A DNA stretch of 64,000 nucleotides from assembly GCA_050951325.1 (NCBI GenBank), contig JBMNIW010000012.1, positions 160,001 through 224,000 on the forward strand, given 5' to 3'. Each line of letters starts with the position of its first letter. Within the stretch, counting starts at the first letter, position 1. This stretch comes from Clostridia bacterium (GTDB taxonomy: Bacteria; Bacillota; Clostridia; UBA1212; DUPL01). The notes beneath the pieces were generated by a model. The model was not told the DNA's origin. It worked only from the letters and a program-made list of their open reading frames with translations, and searched no databases. Shown here in pieces: positions 38,719 to 50,417 of the stretch. A program made the translations under genes and the position numbers.

Positions 38719-41700
38719 TCAGGCAATGCTTACATCCCAACCGGCAAGATACCGTTCGAATATGATTGCATCCCAGTCGGAAATTTCACCATCATGATCA
38801 ATATCCATAGCATCTAAGTTAATTTCAACATCCCATCCTGCAAGGTAACGCTCGAATAGGATTGCATCCCAATCGGAGAGCTCACCATCACCATCTGCAT
38901 CTCCGGTGATATAATCGACTACTTCGATATATGACGTTGCAGAAGAAAACTCGATACTCTGACCCATGAAATTTCTCGACTCAACTGGTGTGACTGATAC
39001 TTCATATAGTCCTTCAGATATTCCTTCTTTGATCTTAAAAGTTAATTTTACAATATTACCGTTCTGTAAATTATTCTGCGTTGCCAGTGCATCTGTCCAT
39101 CGTAATATATACGGAGAGCTGATATTTGGAGCAGGATTGGTAAAACCATTTAACAATCCGGTGTTTTCTATAGAAATAAGTTCTAATGCATCCATGTCAT
39201 AAGATATATAGTTTCTTAATGAGATGATACCCGGATTATTTTCAACTGCAATATATATCTCAACTGTGTCTCCGGCAAATCCTTTAGCACTTAGAATCGA
39301 ATATTTAGGAGCCGCAGCATCGTATTCTATAACAGTAACAAGAACCATTCCGATAAACTCACCGTCAACGGTAGTTGCGGTTACTGTCACATTTCCTTTT
39401 GCAACTGCCGTTATATTTCCGTTTGCGTCAACGATCGCTATATCTTCATTCTCAGAAGCCCAAACAACAGTTTTATCAGTCGTGTCTGCAGGATATACGG
39501 TTGCTTTAGCTTTTTTACTTTCCCCTACATACAGTTCTATTGAACCAGTGTCCAGATATATACCTTCAGCATGAATAGTTTTTTCTATAACATGAACTGT
39601 CACAACTGCTGAATAACCTCCGTCATCAGTGTATACTGTGATGATTGCCGTTCCGGGTTCAAAGGCTTCTATAACACCGTCTTTTACTGTTGCCACGTTC
39701 GGGTTATCCGTAGTCCAGTATACGTTTTTATTTGTTGCGTTAGATGGAGTAACGGTTACAATTATTGTCTTTCTTTCTCCTGATTTCATTTCAATAAGGG
39801 AAGGATTAACAGATACACCTGTTACAGGACGGGCTGTTTCTGTAACGGTAATTGGCAGTGTTGCAATTCTACCACGATAGTTGATCTCAACACTGCTGTC
39901 TGAAACAGAAAGTGCTCTTGTCGGAGATACACTGTATCCAGTTACATATTTTTCTGCACCTGATGTATAGATTGCTTTAACTTCCATTCCCGTTTCGTCA
40001 AAATAGTCACCGGATGTATATCTTGTTTTGCTAGGCGCGGTAGTTATTTCAATACTTTCAACAGATCCAAAAACAACATCTTCTATGATAAGATCACTTA
40101 GCTTCCAGAGCTCACTTGCAAAGTTTCCGTCTATATTTGCAAGTATACCACCTGTTCCGTCTGTCAGATTTCTGTAAACATTATAGTATGTGGTCTTTGT
40201 TACCACAGAGGTAATGGTTTCGTTTGCTTTCAGTTCGTTTATCATTGCTGACATACTTGAAATGCCATACTGATTGTTGATCTTGTAATCCGCATCTGTA
40301 ACCACTATATAGAATGATTGAGCATCCGCACGTGTCTCTAAAAGTGTTGCGGTCTTAAGAGCATCGATAACTGTTTCTTCCCTGTCTCCACCACCACTTA
40401 CTATGAGTCTGGAAATTGCGTCCTTATAAGCATCGACATCAATATACCAGTCCGATGAACCACAATAAATGATTCTTGTGGAATCAAGACCATCACAGGT
40501 TATATCCCTGTACTCTATCAAAGCCCACCTTACTGAAACACCTTCCCTTTCCAGCATATCTGCAAAGGATTTGATGTTGTTCTTAACATTATTTATTTCA
40601 TCCCCCATAGATCCTGTAGTATCGATAAGGAATACAATATCTGCAGTTCCATACATGGTTTCGGAAAGTTCAAAAGAAATTTCAACATCGTTTACAACAC
40701 CACTGGCTAAAGTATATCCGGTTTCTAGTGTTATTGTTCCGTGGATCGTGTGCTTTCCGGCAACAGAACTGTCATATGAGTATTCATCCCATACAACCGG
40801 CAGATAAAATGTCTTTCCGCTGTTTGTAATAACTGCTGCAGTCGAAGGTACGCCGAGTCCTTCAAATGATGTACCTATTGGCAGTTTGCCGAGGTTCATC
40901 GCAGGAATGCTTACAATTATGTTCTTTGTTACTGTCAAAGTGGCAGTAGTCTTTGCCTCACAGCTGAACTTATAACCATATGCAGCTATTACTGTTCCGT
41001 TTATCGTCTGTTCTCCAAAAGTTGCTGCATTGTAATCCGAAGAGTTCCAGAACACCTTTAACTGGACTGTTTTACCAGATGCGGTAACGGCATTTACTGT
41101 TTCAGGTAGCATCAGAGAAGAATAAGGTGTGTTATAGTCAATATTCCCTAGAGAAACCGTTCTGATCGAAGTAATGATCTCTGCTTCAACCTCTTTATAT
41201 GTAACTGTAATGTTAAGGCTCTGTATCGCAGTTCCTGAAACAACTAATCTGTCAGCAGTATAATTCTTTATAACAGGAGAAGTAATACTGTATTTTTCGC
41301 CTTCCATAAGTGTTATTACAACACTTGGCTGCGCTGTACCTCCACCAGAATAGACATAATTGACAGTGATGGTGTATTGATGAATGTGACAACGTGTACA
41401 TTCGCCATCTACAAAGTCATGACCTAGTGCCGGAATTCCTTCTATAAATAAAACAGCCTTACAGTCATCACATACATATCTTTGAATTCCACTGTTAATA
41501 CAATCCGGCTCTATATCAACAACATATGAGCAATTAGTGTGATAACATATATCACCCTTCCAAATAGCATACAGAGTAATGTCATTATCACCTATTTCAA
41601 ATGATTTTTCCCCGGTATATGTGTATTCAGGAATTGATGCAAAAGGATCTACTGACCATCCTAGGAAGATGTAACCATCACGGCTCGGAATATCATCAAA

Positions 41701-44700
41701 CAATACATTTACGACATCCCCATTAGAATAACGTTTTGTATCAATAGGATGAATGCTTGACCCACCATTGCTGTCATAATTTACAGTCCTCCATAAATAA
41801 CCGGCAGATACTAAGTATGTTGCAATTACATTGTTATCAGCATCTTTTATTATAATTGTAATAATGTAAACGCCTGGCTGAGCATCTGACTGCAAATAAA
41901 AGAACGCTGTATTTTTCATTAACGAAGTTCCTAAGGTTATGCTATCCGATGTCATTCCGCCTTTGTTAAATCCATCGATTATAGCGGAATATTCAATACT
42001 TATAGTCATTTCTTCGGATGCTCTTAAATTAAGATCAACTGTAACCATCCCGTTTTTATCAATAGAAGCACTTTGAGAATGTTCAACTATAACAGGAGTA
42101 ACTACAGTGCTTCCTCCGCTAACATTCAACTGTAAGGATACATTGCGTGTCCATGAATTCCAGCCGATCACTGATTCATATAATTCAAAGTGGTAAGTAT
42201 GTCCGTTTATGAAGTATGTTCTGTCGACTGTTAGCGTAGTAGTGGTCCACGTATCGTTTCGTCCGGAAAGATAATTTTCGAGTAGTATTTCTGTACCATC
42301 CGTTTCATCTACCAGATATATCAGACTTCGTTCTCCACTTTCTTCATCAATGTCATATGCATATATATTTAACAAGGCATTTTCTTTAACTGTTCCATTG
42401 ATGGTGATCGATCTTCCAAGCCTGATCCTTTCATTGGCAGTACCGGAATTAGCAACTAAATCATACCCTCCATTCAGTAAACTCTTGTCATCATAATTTG
42501 AATAGGGACTGAAGGATTTTACATCTGCCCCACTACGCATACCGTTGTTAAACAAAGAATAATTATTTTCACCATTTACAGTAACAATAGGCTCTTTCTC
42601 CTCGGGTGGGAATGAATCAAGATGCACATCAAAAGTACAATCGTTATAAATGTATTATTTGAAATAATATTCATTTCCCCCCATAAAAACCATACATACA
42701 AAAAGCATTGTAATCTCCACCACTCCAAAAATCCATATTAATTACATTCGTGTCACTGTCTAATACATCTGTTTGCACCTGTGTAGGTGACGATTTATTA
42801 GTTGTATAGAATACATAATTTCCCGTTTTTTCAGGAACGAACTTAATCCAAATCTCCTGATTAACCGATGCTGATTTACTTATTGAATCACCGGGTTTAA
42901 TGACATCAGGTATATATTTTTCTAAGTGTATATTATAAGAACCTGTTTCTGATGAAGCGCAATAAGCATCCAAATAATATGTCTCTCCGGCTGTAAGCTT
43001 ATATACAAAGTCAGAACCATTTTTATATAAAGACCAGGAAGTATCGCATAAATAAACAATCGGCCATCCTCCGGACCTATCCGTTGTATACACATGGTAT
43101 AGCCCGGTTTCATCAGGAATAAATTTATAATATTTATGTTCATCCGGATAAGCAATATTTACAATGTCAAAATCTCCTAGTGACAATTCTGTAGCATTCA
43201 GCTTCTCCAGGTGTATTGTGTAAGATCCTGTATCAAAAAGACAATATGTATCAAAATAATATGTTGTCCCGGAAGACAATGATTTTACAATATCTAACCC
43301 GTAATAAGCTTCATCGTACCAATTCCACGATTCTGTGTGAACTTTTAAATACGGAGTGATTCCGGTTTTATCGGTTGTGTATATACGGTATAGCCCTGTT
43401 TCATCAGGTGTAAATTTATAGTATTTATGTTCTCCATCTGAATTTATATTTACACGATCAGAATCTCCCATGGATAGTTCGATTGCATTCAACTTTTCCA
43501 AATGTATCGTAAATGCTCCTGTTCCTGAAGAACAATATGTATCCAAATAGTATGTCGTTCCAGGTGTCATATTAGAAACAAAGTCAGAACCGTTTGTGTA
43601 AGAACTCCATGATGAATCATACAAAAAAATACTTGGAGGGTTCCCGATTTTATCTGTTGTAAACACACGGTACAGACCGCCTATGTCTGGTGTAAACGCA
43701 AAGTATTTGTGCTCTCCTGCGGTAGTTATACTTATACGTTCTGAATCCCCTGCTGATATTTCGGTCACCTTCAGCTTCCCTATATGTATTGTAAAAGATC
43801 CTGTTCTTAACCAATCACAGGATACATCCAAATAATATGTCGTTCCGGATGTAAGATTATAAACTATTTCAGTACCATTTGTAAAATAGCCCCAGGAATA
43901 ATCACGTAGATATATAAATGGAGAACTTCCAATAATATCTGTTGTATAGACATGGTACAATCCGGATTCATCAGGTGTAAATGAGTAATATTTATGTTCC
44001 CCTGCAGATGATATAATTACGCTTTCAGAGTCACCTACGGATATTTCGGTCGTGGTCAGCTTCTCCAAATGTATTGTATAAGATCCTGTTCCTGATAAGC
44101 AAGTTGCATCCAAATAATATGTTACTCCAGCTGCAAGTTTATAAGCAAAATCCATACCACTTAAATACGGGAACCATGATGAATCTCGCAAGTAAATATC
44201 CGGGGAACTTCCTGATTTATCCGTAGTATAAACACGATACAGTCCGGACTCATCAAGGGTAAAAGTAAAATATTTATGTTCATCAACAGAAGCTATATTT
44301 ACTCTAGCAGAACCATTCACACTTATTGGAGTAGATTTTATTGCATTTTCAACTGTAAAACTGTAATTGCCCGTTCCAGCTCCACTATACATTACCTGGA
44401 AATAATATGTTTTTCCACCTTCCAAAGCATATTCAAAATCAAACCCCGTCTTTGAAACTAGCATTTGCCACATGTCATCATAGATCTTAATATGCGGGAT
44501 ATTATCATTAACATAGCTACTTTTTATATGATACATCCCGGATATTTCCGGAGTATAAGAAAAAAACTGGCTATCGTTTTCTTTTGCTATGGATACAGGT
44601 ATATCATCTCCTGAGCTAACAGATACAGGGGATACAGTATCAATATGAAAGTTAAAACCATTTGGATAATTGAGAAAACTAAAAAGGTATGTTCCCTCGG

Positions 44701-44824
44701 AATTTAAATAAAGTATTATATCCTTTTCTATGAAGTCATAAGAATTAATAAGATGAAGTGCCGAATCATGTAATATAAATTTGTGTGTATCGGTATTATT
44801 TGAGAACAAAACCCTATATGCACC
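38719..44824 (-). pseudogene. Large surface protein (about 2000 aa): ~95-aa tandem repeats, vWA, Ig-like domains, cohesin, dockerin; 5'-truncated and split near 42640-42680
   Basis: ORFs 42671-44833 and 38719-42627 join if one G is removed from a G6 run and one TAA is read through; MIDAS DTTGSM; GDADGDG...DIDHDG dockerin; no signal peptide because an IS end lies at 44825. Confidence 0.75.
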
Positions 44825-45119
44825 CAATGTCATTAACTTAAGAAACTCGTTTTAAAGAACCCTAACTTATTCGGTTAGGGTCTTTTTATCACATTTTCGG
44901 TTTTACATTTTAAAACAAATATGATAAAATAATACAGAGTTGTTAAATTTTAAATATTATTTAATACTCTCGATTTTGCTAGAAATGGGGAGTATAAGAT
45001 GTTAAAATTATTATCTAAGATTAGATTAGAAAAAGACCTGGAGTATGCGCAGAAAGAAGAGTTCAAAAAAACATATAGGCAAAAAAGCACTGACTTCACA
45101 AGAAAAAGGAAGTTAACTA
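44825..45119 (+). mobile_element. Left-end remnant of an IS4-family element
   Basis: CAATGTCATTAACTTAAG resembles clostridial IS4 termini; ORF from ATG 44999 reads MLKLL...DFTRKRKLT (IS4 transposase N-terminal motif) and is cut by IS21. Confidence 0.7.
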
Positions 45120-45304
45120 TGGAATCGCTTTAAATTTATCTTACCAAAATCCTTACCGGTGCTATGTTGAAAGATTACCACTTTATGTGCTATAATCAAA
45201 AAAACATGCTATGGTTACCTTACCAATAGATTAAAATTAAAGAAAGGAAAACCTTGAAGGATACAAAAAGACGTCCATCTTTTCCTTCAAGGCTCCACAA
45301 CAAT

Positions 45305-45892
45305 ATGATAATAACACTTGTTGACATAGAATTCAAGCCCTCTTTTTCAGATAATACATATTTTTTCGAAGTGGATTCATCAAAGTCAGTATTGAATCCG
45401 ATTAAAAAGTCTAAAACATGCAGAGAGTACTGAATTACTCTCAACTACAAAGAGATAACGGTGTGTTGCCCTGTATTTAAAGATGTAAACAAGAATAGCA
45501 TTGTATACATCCCTTCGTACATTCTTCCACATCGTGGTTATCCTGTGAGTGTATACCTTTATGCAATTGCACTCTATCTTTCTAGTAAACTAAGTATGCG
45601 GGCTACTGCTGCTGAGGTAAAAAGAAAGTTTGGACTTGGAACCTTTTCACATTCAACTATATCAAGAACATTAAGTAGAATTTCAGAGAATATACATCAC
45701 ATAACAGTAGTACATAATGCAGACTTTACACACCCCACGCTCAGAACTGATCGTGCATGGGAGGAAATCACTAGAGCTAAATATCTAAAAGTTTTGATAT
45801 TTCTTAATACACTTTTAAATGAAAACGAATTTACCAACGGTAGTAAAGTTAATTATGATTATTTCAGAAGGACAAAAAGATTTATAATTTAG
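45305..45892 (+). pseudogene. Accessory ORF1 of the IS21 element (DUF6431/HTH-like), one in-frame TGA
   Basis: ATG 45305 is in frame with ORF 45461-45892 apart from TGA at 45431; YIPSYILPHRGY and SMRATA...FSHSTISR HTH-like segment. Confidence 0.6.
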
Positions 45893-45953
45893 AGACAAAA
45901 TCCAAAAAGCATGTGTTGCTGCACCAAGAATGTAGTTAAGATAGATTCAGGAG

Positions 45954-46889
45954 GTGGTACATGTGATTAAAACAGTAAAAGTCTCATTAAAAGAAGTAAA
46001 TATTCAGACCATTCCGACAAATAAGGTGTTGGAAATAGGAAAAACTCAAAGACAGAGGATATTGTGTGAGCAAAGCATTAGGCAATATGGTCTTGTCACG
46101 CCCATCGTTACTGTAGAGGACTCTTGTGGTCAACATATGGTGCTTAAAGGAGAGAACGAGCTATCAGTCTTAAAGGAAATGAACGTTGAGAGAGCTGATG
46201 TGTTTGTAGCTAGTATTAATGACGAGAATGACATTAGTAAAGCAATTCTACTTCTCGCTTCAATGCACAATACGCTTAATCCGATAGCAGAAGGTATGTT
46301 ATTAAAAAGCTTGTTATCATCAGGAGAACACAACCAAAAGCAACTGTCTGAATTACTAATGAAGTCAGAGTCTTGGTTGTCCAAAAGACTCTCTTTAGTA
46401 GATCAACTAAGTGAGCATGTTACAGATATGGTTATCTCTCAGAAAATGTGCCCAGCAACAGCTCAGAATATAGCTAGAATACCGAGACACCTACAGGATA
46501 CTTTTGCAAATCATGTCTATTCACAGTTAGTTTCAAAGTCAAAAGTTGAAAAGCTAGTTGTTGCCTTTGGAAACAAAAACTCCTCTAATGCATTAAAAGA
46601 GGAGATAATAAATAACCCATTGAGCGCTTTTGAAATCATATCTGAAAACGAACCGATTCGATTAAAGAGTAGAGTTCAAGATGCTTCAGAAGATGGTCGC
46701 AAAACAGAAAATTGTATTAGGTTTATGCTCAAATTGATTGCAGAGACGGAAGGCTACTTAGTCTGTCTAGATAACGAGAATAAGCATAAGTACGCGGTAT
46801 TGTTAAGTGAATTAGAAAGCAGAGTTGAGAAATTTCTTGCATTAATACAGAACACTACAAATTCCCTAGGGAAATTACAAAGAGATTGA
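45954..46889 (+). CDS. ParB/Spo0J-like protein inside the IS21 element
   Basis: SIRQYGLVTPIV (box I), LNPIAEG and HTH QKQLSELLMKSESWLSKRL; GGAGG RBS; the GxRR patch reads GENE. Confidence 0.8.
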   Translation: MVHVIKTVKVSLKEVNIQTIPTNKVLEIGKTQRQRILCEQSIRQYGLVTPIVTVEDSCGQHMVLKGENELSVLKEMNVERADVFVASINDENDISKAILLLASMHNTLNPIAEGMLLKSLLSSGEHNQKQLSELLMKSESWLSKRLSLVDQLSEHVTDMVISQKMCPATAQNIARIPRHLQDTFANHVYSQLVSKSKVEKLVVAFGNKNSSNALKEEIINNPLSAFEIISENEPIRLKSRVQDASEDGRKTENCIRFMLKLIAETEGYLVCLDNENKHKYAVLLSELESRVEKFLALIQNTTNSLGKLQRD

Positions 46890-46902
46890 AGGGAGAATAA
46901 CT

Positions 46903-48399
46903 ATGGCAAAACAAATAGACATGAATACATATAAACTAATACGGAGATTATTCACTGTAGAAGGTGTAAGTCAGAGACAAATAGCAATGCAGTTAGGTAT
47001 ATCAAGACCTACAGTAAAAAAGTATTGTGAAGGATATGCAATTCCAGGGATAAAGGAAGAAGGAAAACAACAAAAAAGCGAATTAAGATTAACTTTAGAA
47101 AAAGAAATAATTCAGCTCTTTGAGGATAATAAAGATGCACCGAGAAAGCAAAAACTAAACGCAAAGCTAATATGGCTTTCTCTTAAGGAAAAGGGTTATC
47201 CTGTGGGTGAATCTACAATAAGAAAGTATATACAAGAAATGAGAATAGAAATGCCAGAGGTTTTTATCCCCTTATCATTTGAACCTGGGGAAGCTATGGA
47301 GTTTGACTGGGGAGACATATATGCATACATTAAGAACGTTAAAACCAGTATTTCTGTATTCTGTGCAGTACTACCATACAGCTATGGGATATTTGCTGCC
47401 GTTTTTCCTAATAAGAAGTACATAAGCTTTTTTACAGGACACGTTATGGCGTTTGAGTTTTTTCAAGGAGTTGCAAGGCGGTCAATTTACGATAACTTAA
47501 AAACAGCAGTTTTAAAAGACTTTGGTGAAAAGGCTGTAAAACAAGAAAGATTTAAAACTCTAGAAGCGCACTATGCTTTTGAGGGAATATTCTGTAATGC
47601 TGACAGTGGTTGGGAAAAAGGTGCGGTTGAAAATCTCGTTTCAATAATTCGAGAAATTGCATTTACTCCTATGCCAAGAGTAGATAACTATGAGGAGTTG
47701 CAAACCCATGTTACTTCTAAATGTATTGAATACAACATGAATCATAAAATAAAGAACCGCACAAGAAGCATTCGAGATATGCTAGAGGAAGAGAGAAAGT
47801 ACTTATTACCACTTCCTGCATATCCTTTTGAACCAGCAGACGAATTAAAAGTACGAGTGCATTCTGACTTAACCGTTAGAATTGAGGGGCTTAGATACTC
47901 CGTTCCTAGTAAGTATGTAGGCCTTGATGTTACTGCTAAGATAACGCCTTTCAAAATAAACATATACTATCAAGGTAAGCACATATATAGTCATAAAAAA
48001 GGAGTAAATCTCTCTGAACATCAATATGTATTAGAGCACTATCTAGAAATCATTGAACGAAAACCGAGATCTGCACATAATGCAGTCCCTATAAAAAGCG
48101 GTATAATGCCAGAGGAGGCTACCCTTTTTCTAAAACGATGTCCTAAACTAAACAAAAACATGCAATTAGTTAACGTGCTTCTTCTTGGAAAGAAAGTCGA
48201 TCGAGATTCCTTGATGTGGGCAATTAGTCAAGCAAACAGCACTGGGAATCCCACATACGATTTAGTATGCTTTTATCTGGACATACTAAGTAGCAAGGAT
48301 AATGCAAAGGATGCAATTGTGGATGAGGTTGAGATAAACACAGTTGACCTAACAAAGTATGATAAGTTAATAAGTGCAGAGGGTGATGAATATGAATAA
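46903..48399 (+). CDS. istA: IS21 transposase IstA
   Basis: HTH SQRQIAMQLGISRPTVKKY; DDE motifs EFDWG, YDNLK and KGAVEN; YSVP. Confidence 0.96.
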   Translation: MAKQIDMNTYKLIRRLFTVEGVSQRQIAMQLGISRPTVKKYCEGYAIPGIKEEGKQQKSELRLTLEKEIIQLFEDNKDAPRKQKLNAKLIWLSLKEKGYPVGESTIRKYIQEMRIEMPEVFIPLSFEPGEAMEFDWGDIYAYIKNVKTSISVFCAVLPYSYGIFAAVFPNKKYISFFTGHVMAFEFFQGVARRSIYDNLKTAVLKDFGEKAVKQERFKTLEAHYAFEGIFCNADSGWEKGAVENLVSIIREIAFTPMPRVDNYEELQTHVTSKCIEYNMNHKIKNRTRSIRDMLEEERKYLLPLPAYPFEPADELKVRVHSDLTVRIEGLRYSVPSKYVGLDVTAKITPFKINIYYQGKHIYSHKKGVNLSEHQYVLEHYLEIIERKPRSAHNAVPIKSGIMPEEATLFLKRCPKLNKNMQLVNVLLLGKKVDRDSLMWAISQANSTGNPTYDLVCFYLDILSSKDNAKDAIVDEVEINTVDLTKYDKLISAEGDEYE

Positions 48400-49144
48400 T
48401 CTCTCTCACAACGAATTATCAAATAAGATTAAAACGATTGCAAGAGATCTGAAGCTTCAAGCATTTGAAGAGTATAGTGAGTATATTAGAACTGATCTAT
48501 CTACTGAGGAAGTAGTTTACAACCTCCTTAAGGCAGAACAAAGTATAAAAGACTTGAGTAGATATAGGTATCGTATGAAAATGGCCAAGTTCCCAGTTGC
48601 TAAAACATTAGATACTTTTCATTTTGATACAAAACGTCTTCCTGGTTTAAGCAAGGATACCATTATGGAACTTGCGACATGTAAATTCATTGAAGAGAAA
48701 AGAAATGTTATAGCTTTAGGTAATCCGGGGACCGGTAAGACGCATTTGCTAACAGCCCTCTGCATTGAGGCAATAACAAAAGGTTATTCAGTGAGATTTA
48801 TTAGGGCTTCTGACCTTGTGACTCAAATGACTGAATCCAAGAATGAAAACGAATTAGCTAAATACATAAAGAAGATTAATACATGTGATGTTCTTTTTAT
48901 TGACGAATTCGGGTACTTATCTTACGATGCAGCTGGAGCAAGTTTGCTTTATCAGATATTTGCAAATAGGTATGAAACAAAGAGTACGCTGGTTACCTCA
49001 AATTTAGCTTTTTCTAAATGGCTCTCGATTCTTAGTAATGACGAAGAATTAGCTTCGGCACTAATCGGACGAATAACCCAGCAGTCCACTATTCTTAACA
49101 TGAATGGTGAGGATTACAGGGTTTATCTAAGCAAAAAACTTTAA
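48386..49144 (+). CDS. istB: IS21 helper ATPase IstB
   Basis: Walker A GNPGTGKT and Walker B LFIDE; overlaps the istA stop. Confidence 0.96.
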   Translation: MNMNNLSHNELSNKIKTIARDLKLQAFEEYSEYIRTDLSTEEVVYNLLKAEQSIKDLSRYRYRMKMAKFPVAKTLDTFHFDTKRLPGLSKDTIMELATCKFIEEKRNVIALGNPGTGKTHLLTALCIEAITKGYSVRFIRASDLVTQMTESKNENELAKYIKKINTCDVLFIDEFGYLSYDAAGASLLYQIFANRYETKSTLVTSNLAFSKWLSILSNDEELASALIGRITQQSTILNMNGEDYRVYLSKKL

Positions 49145-49464
49145 AACATGTAAACTAAGGGTCTGTCTTCCTGACAGATCTCCTTTTTGCCTTTTATTGC
49201 ATGTGTTCAACTTATAATCAAATATTATATTTTCTTTCTAGCGGAAACATGGGTCTAGATGGATTGTTTGAGATAATATGGTCTTTATTTACTATCCTCT
49301 TCAACGATCCGTACATATTGGATAGAATTCTATCCAATATGCTGTTTATCACTTAATATTCAGCATTTACAAACATTATATATACGGTGAATGGTAACTT
49401 ATATCATAGCGCTTTTTTGAAAAACTCTGTTTTTAGCCGGTAAGATAAAACTGTAGCGTTTCCA

Positions 49465-50417
49465 TTTATCTTTAACATCTTTAAAATCTCTATCAAGAAG
49501 CACCCATTTCTTCTCTTTATCCGGAAGCTTTTTTACTGCTTTTGAAAATATGTAACCATCACCATTCTTTTTTGCATACGCTATGTTGTTGGCACAGTTA
49601 AGTCCTTTATCTGCTACATGAATGGTTCTTCCTGTTATGTTATTTTGCTTTTTAAGATTGCTTATTACATCTCTTATTATAGGTTTTTCAGATTCGTTAC
49701 CAGGATATATCTTCATTCCTACTGGTATTTGATTGCGATCTAGTAATAAACCAAGGCCTACTAGAGGTTTCCTTTGATTTTCTTTACTTACACCATTTTT
49801 TTTAAAATCATCTTCTCTATCAATTTCAAAATAAAAATTTGTACAATCGAAATAGGTTTTAGTAGTATCTAATTTATATATTTTATCAACCTGTGTAGTA
49901 AATATTTCAACAATCTTTTCGTAATTGTTGCCTAGAAAAGCTAAGCCATCTAGTAGCTGATCGTATGAAAAATTATAGGTTTGATAAAGATTAGGTAGCA
50001 CTTCATGGAATGTCCTATATTTACTGCAGGGATTAACGCTTCTTGCGTAAATAAGAGATGATAGTAAATCATAAAGATCGAATTCAAACCTAGTAATTAA
50101 CTTAAAATAGTCGATAAAGTGCTTAATGTTTAATTTCTCCATAATACTTTTCAAAGGAAAATAACCTAGGTGAATAAGTGGAGATTTAGTTGAGATTTTT
50201 TTACGCTTTCTTCTTTTCTATTTTTATTTAATTCATCAACTACCTTTTGATAATGGGCAATAGGATCTTCTATGCCTTTTTCTTTAAGTGTTTCTATAGA
50301 TCCTAATGATTTATGACAACGATGAGCAGTGCCCTTTTTTGCAGGATCGTAAAAACTTTCATAAATTGCAATGTATGTTCGATTTTTCTGCTTTGACTTT
50401 TTCAAAAAATATGCCAC
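49465..50417 (-). pseudogene. IS1634-family transposase, N-terminal part (frameshift in A7 run near 50200)
   Basis: MAYFLKKSK, YFDCTNFYFEID, GNESEKP and VADKGLN motifs. Confidence 0.9.

Larger units (their letters stand above)
21294..49464 (+). mobile_element. Composite transposon or cointegrate bounded by direct IS21-family copies
   Basis: Outer ends TGGAA...TTCCA flanked by a 6-bp duplication TTTATC (21288-21293, 49465-49470); inner flanks do not match each other. Confidence 0.88.
45120..49464 (+). mobile_element. IS21-family element, complete 4345-bp copy with two accessory genes
   Basis: 26-bp IRs TGGAATCGCTTTAAATTTATCTTACC / TGGAAACGCTACAGTTTTATCTTACC; TG...CA ends; second copy defines both boundaries. 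Confidence 0.92.

Noticed and set aside
34652-44824. Cellulosome gene cluster
   Set aside because: No multi-cohesin scaffoldin, CBM3 or dockerin-bearing glycoside hydrolase is recognisable.
45431-45433. Selenocysteine codon
   Set aside because: No convincing SECIS hairpin or redox motif seen; a nonsense mutation is simpler.
45954-46889. Plasmid or chromosome partition locus
   Set aside because: No parA or rep gene and no recognisable parS; the gene lies within IS21 inverted repeats.
49399-49464. C-terminus WKRYSFILPAKNRVFQKSAMI of the 251-aa ORF
   Set aside because: Read-through into the IS21 right end, not transposase sequence.
21294-49464. Prophage, ICE or CRISPR-associated transposon
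   Set aside because: No integrase, phage structural, conjugation, cas or tniQ genes were found.
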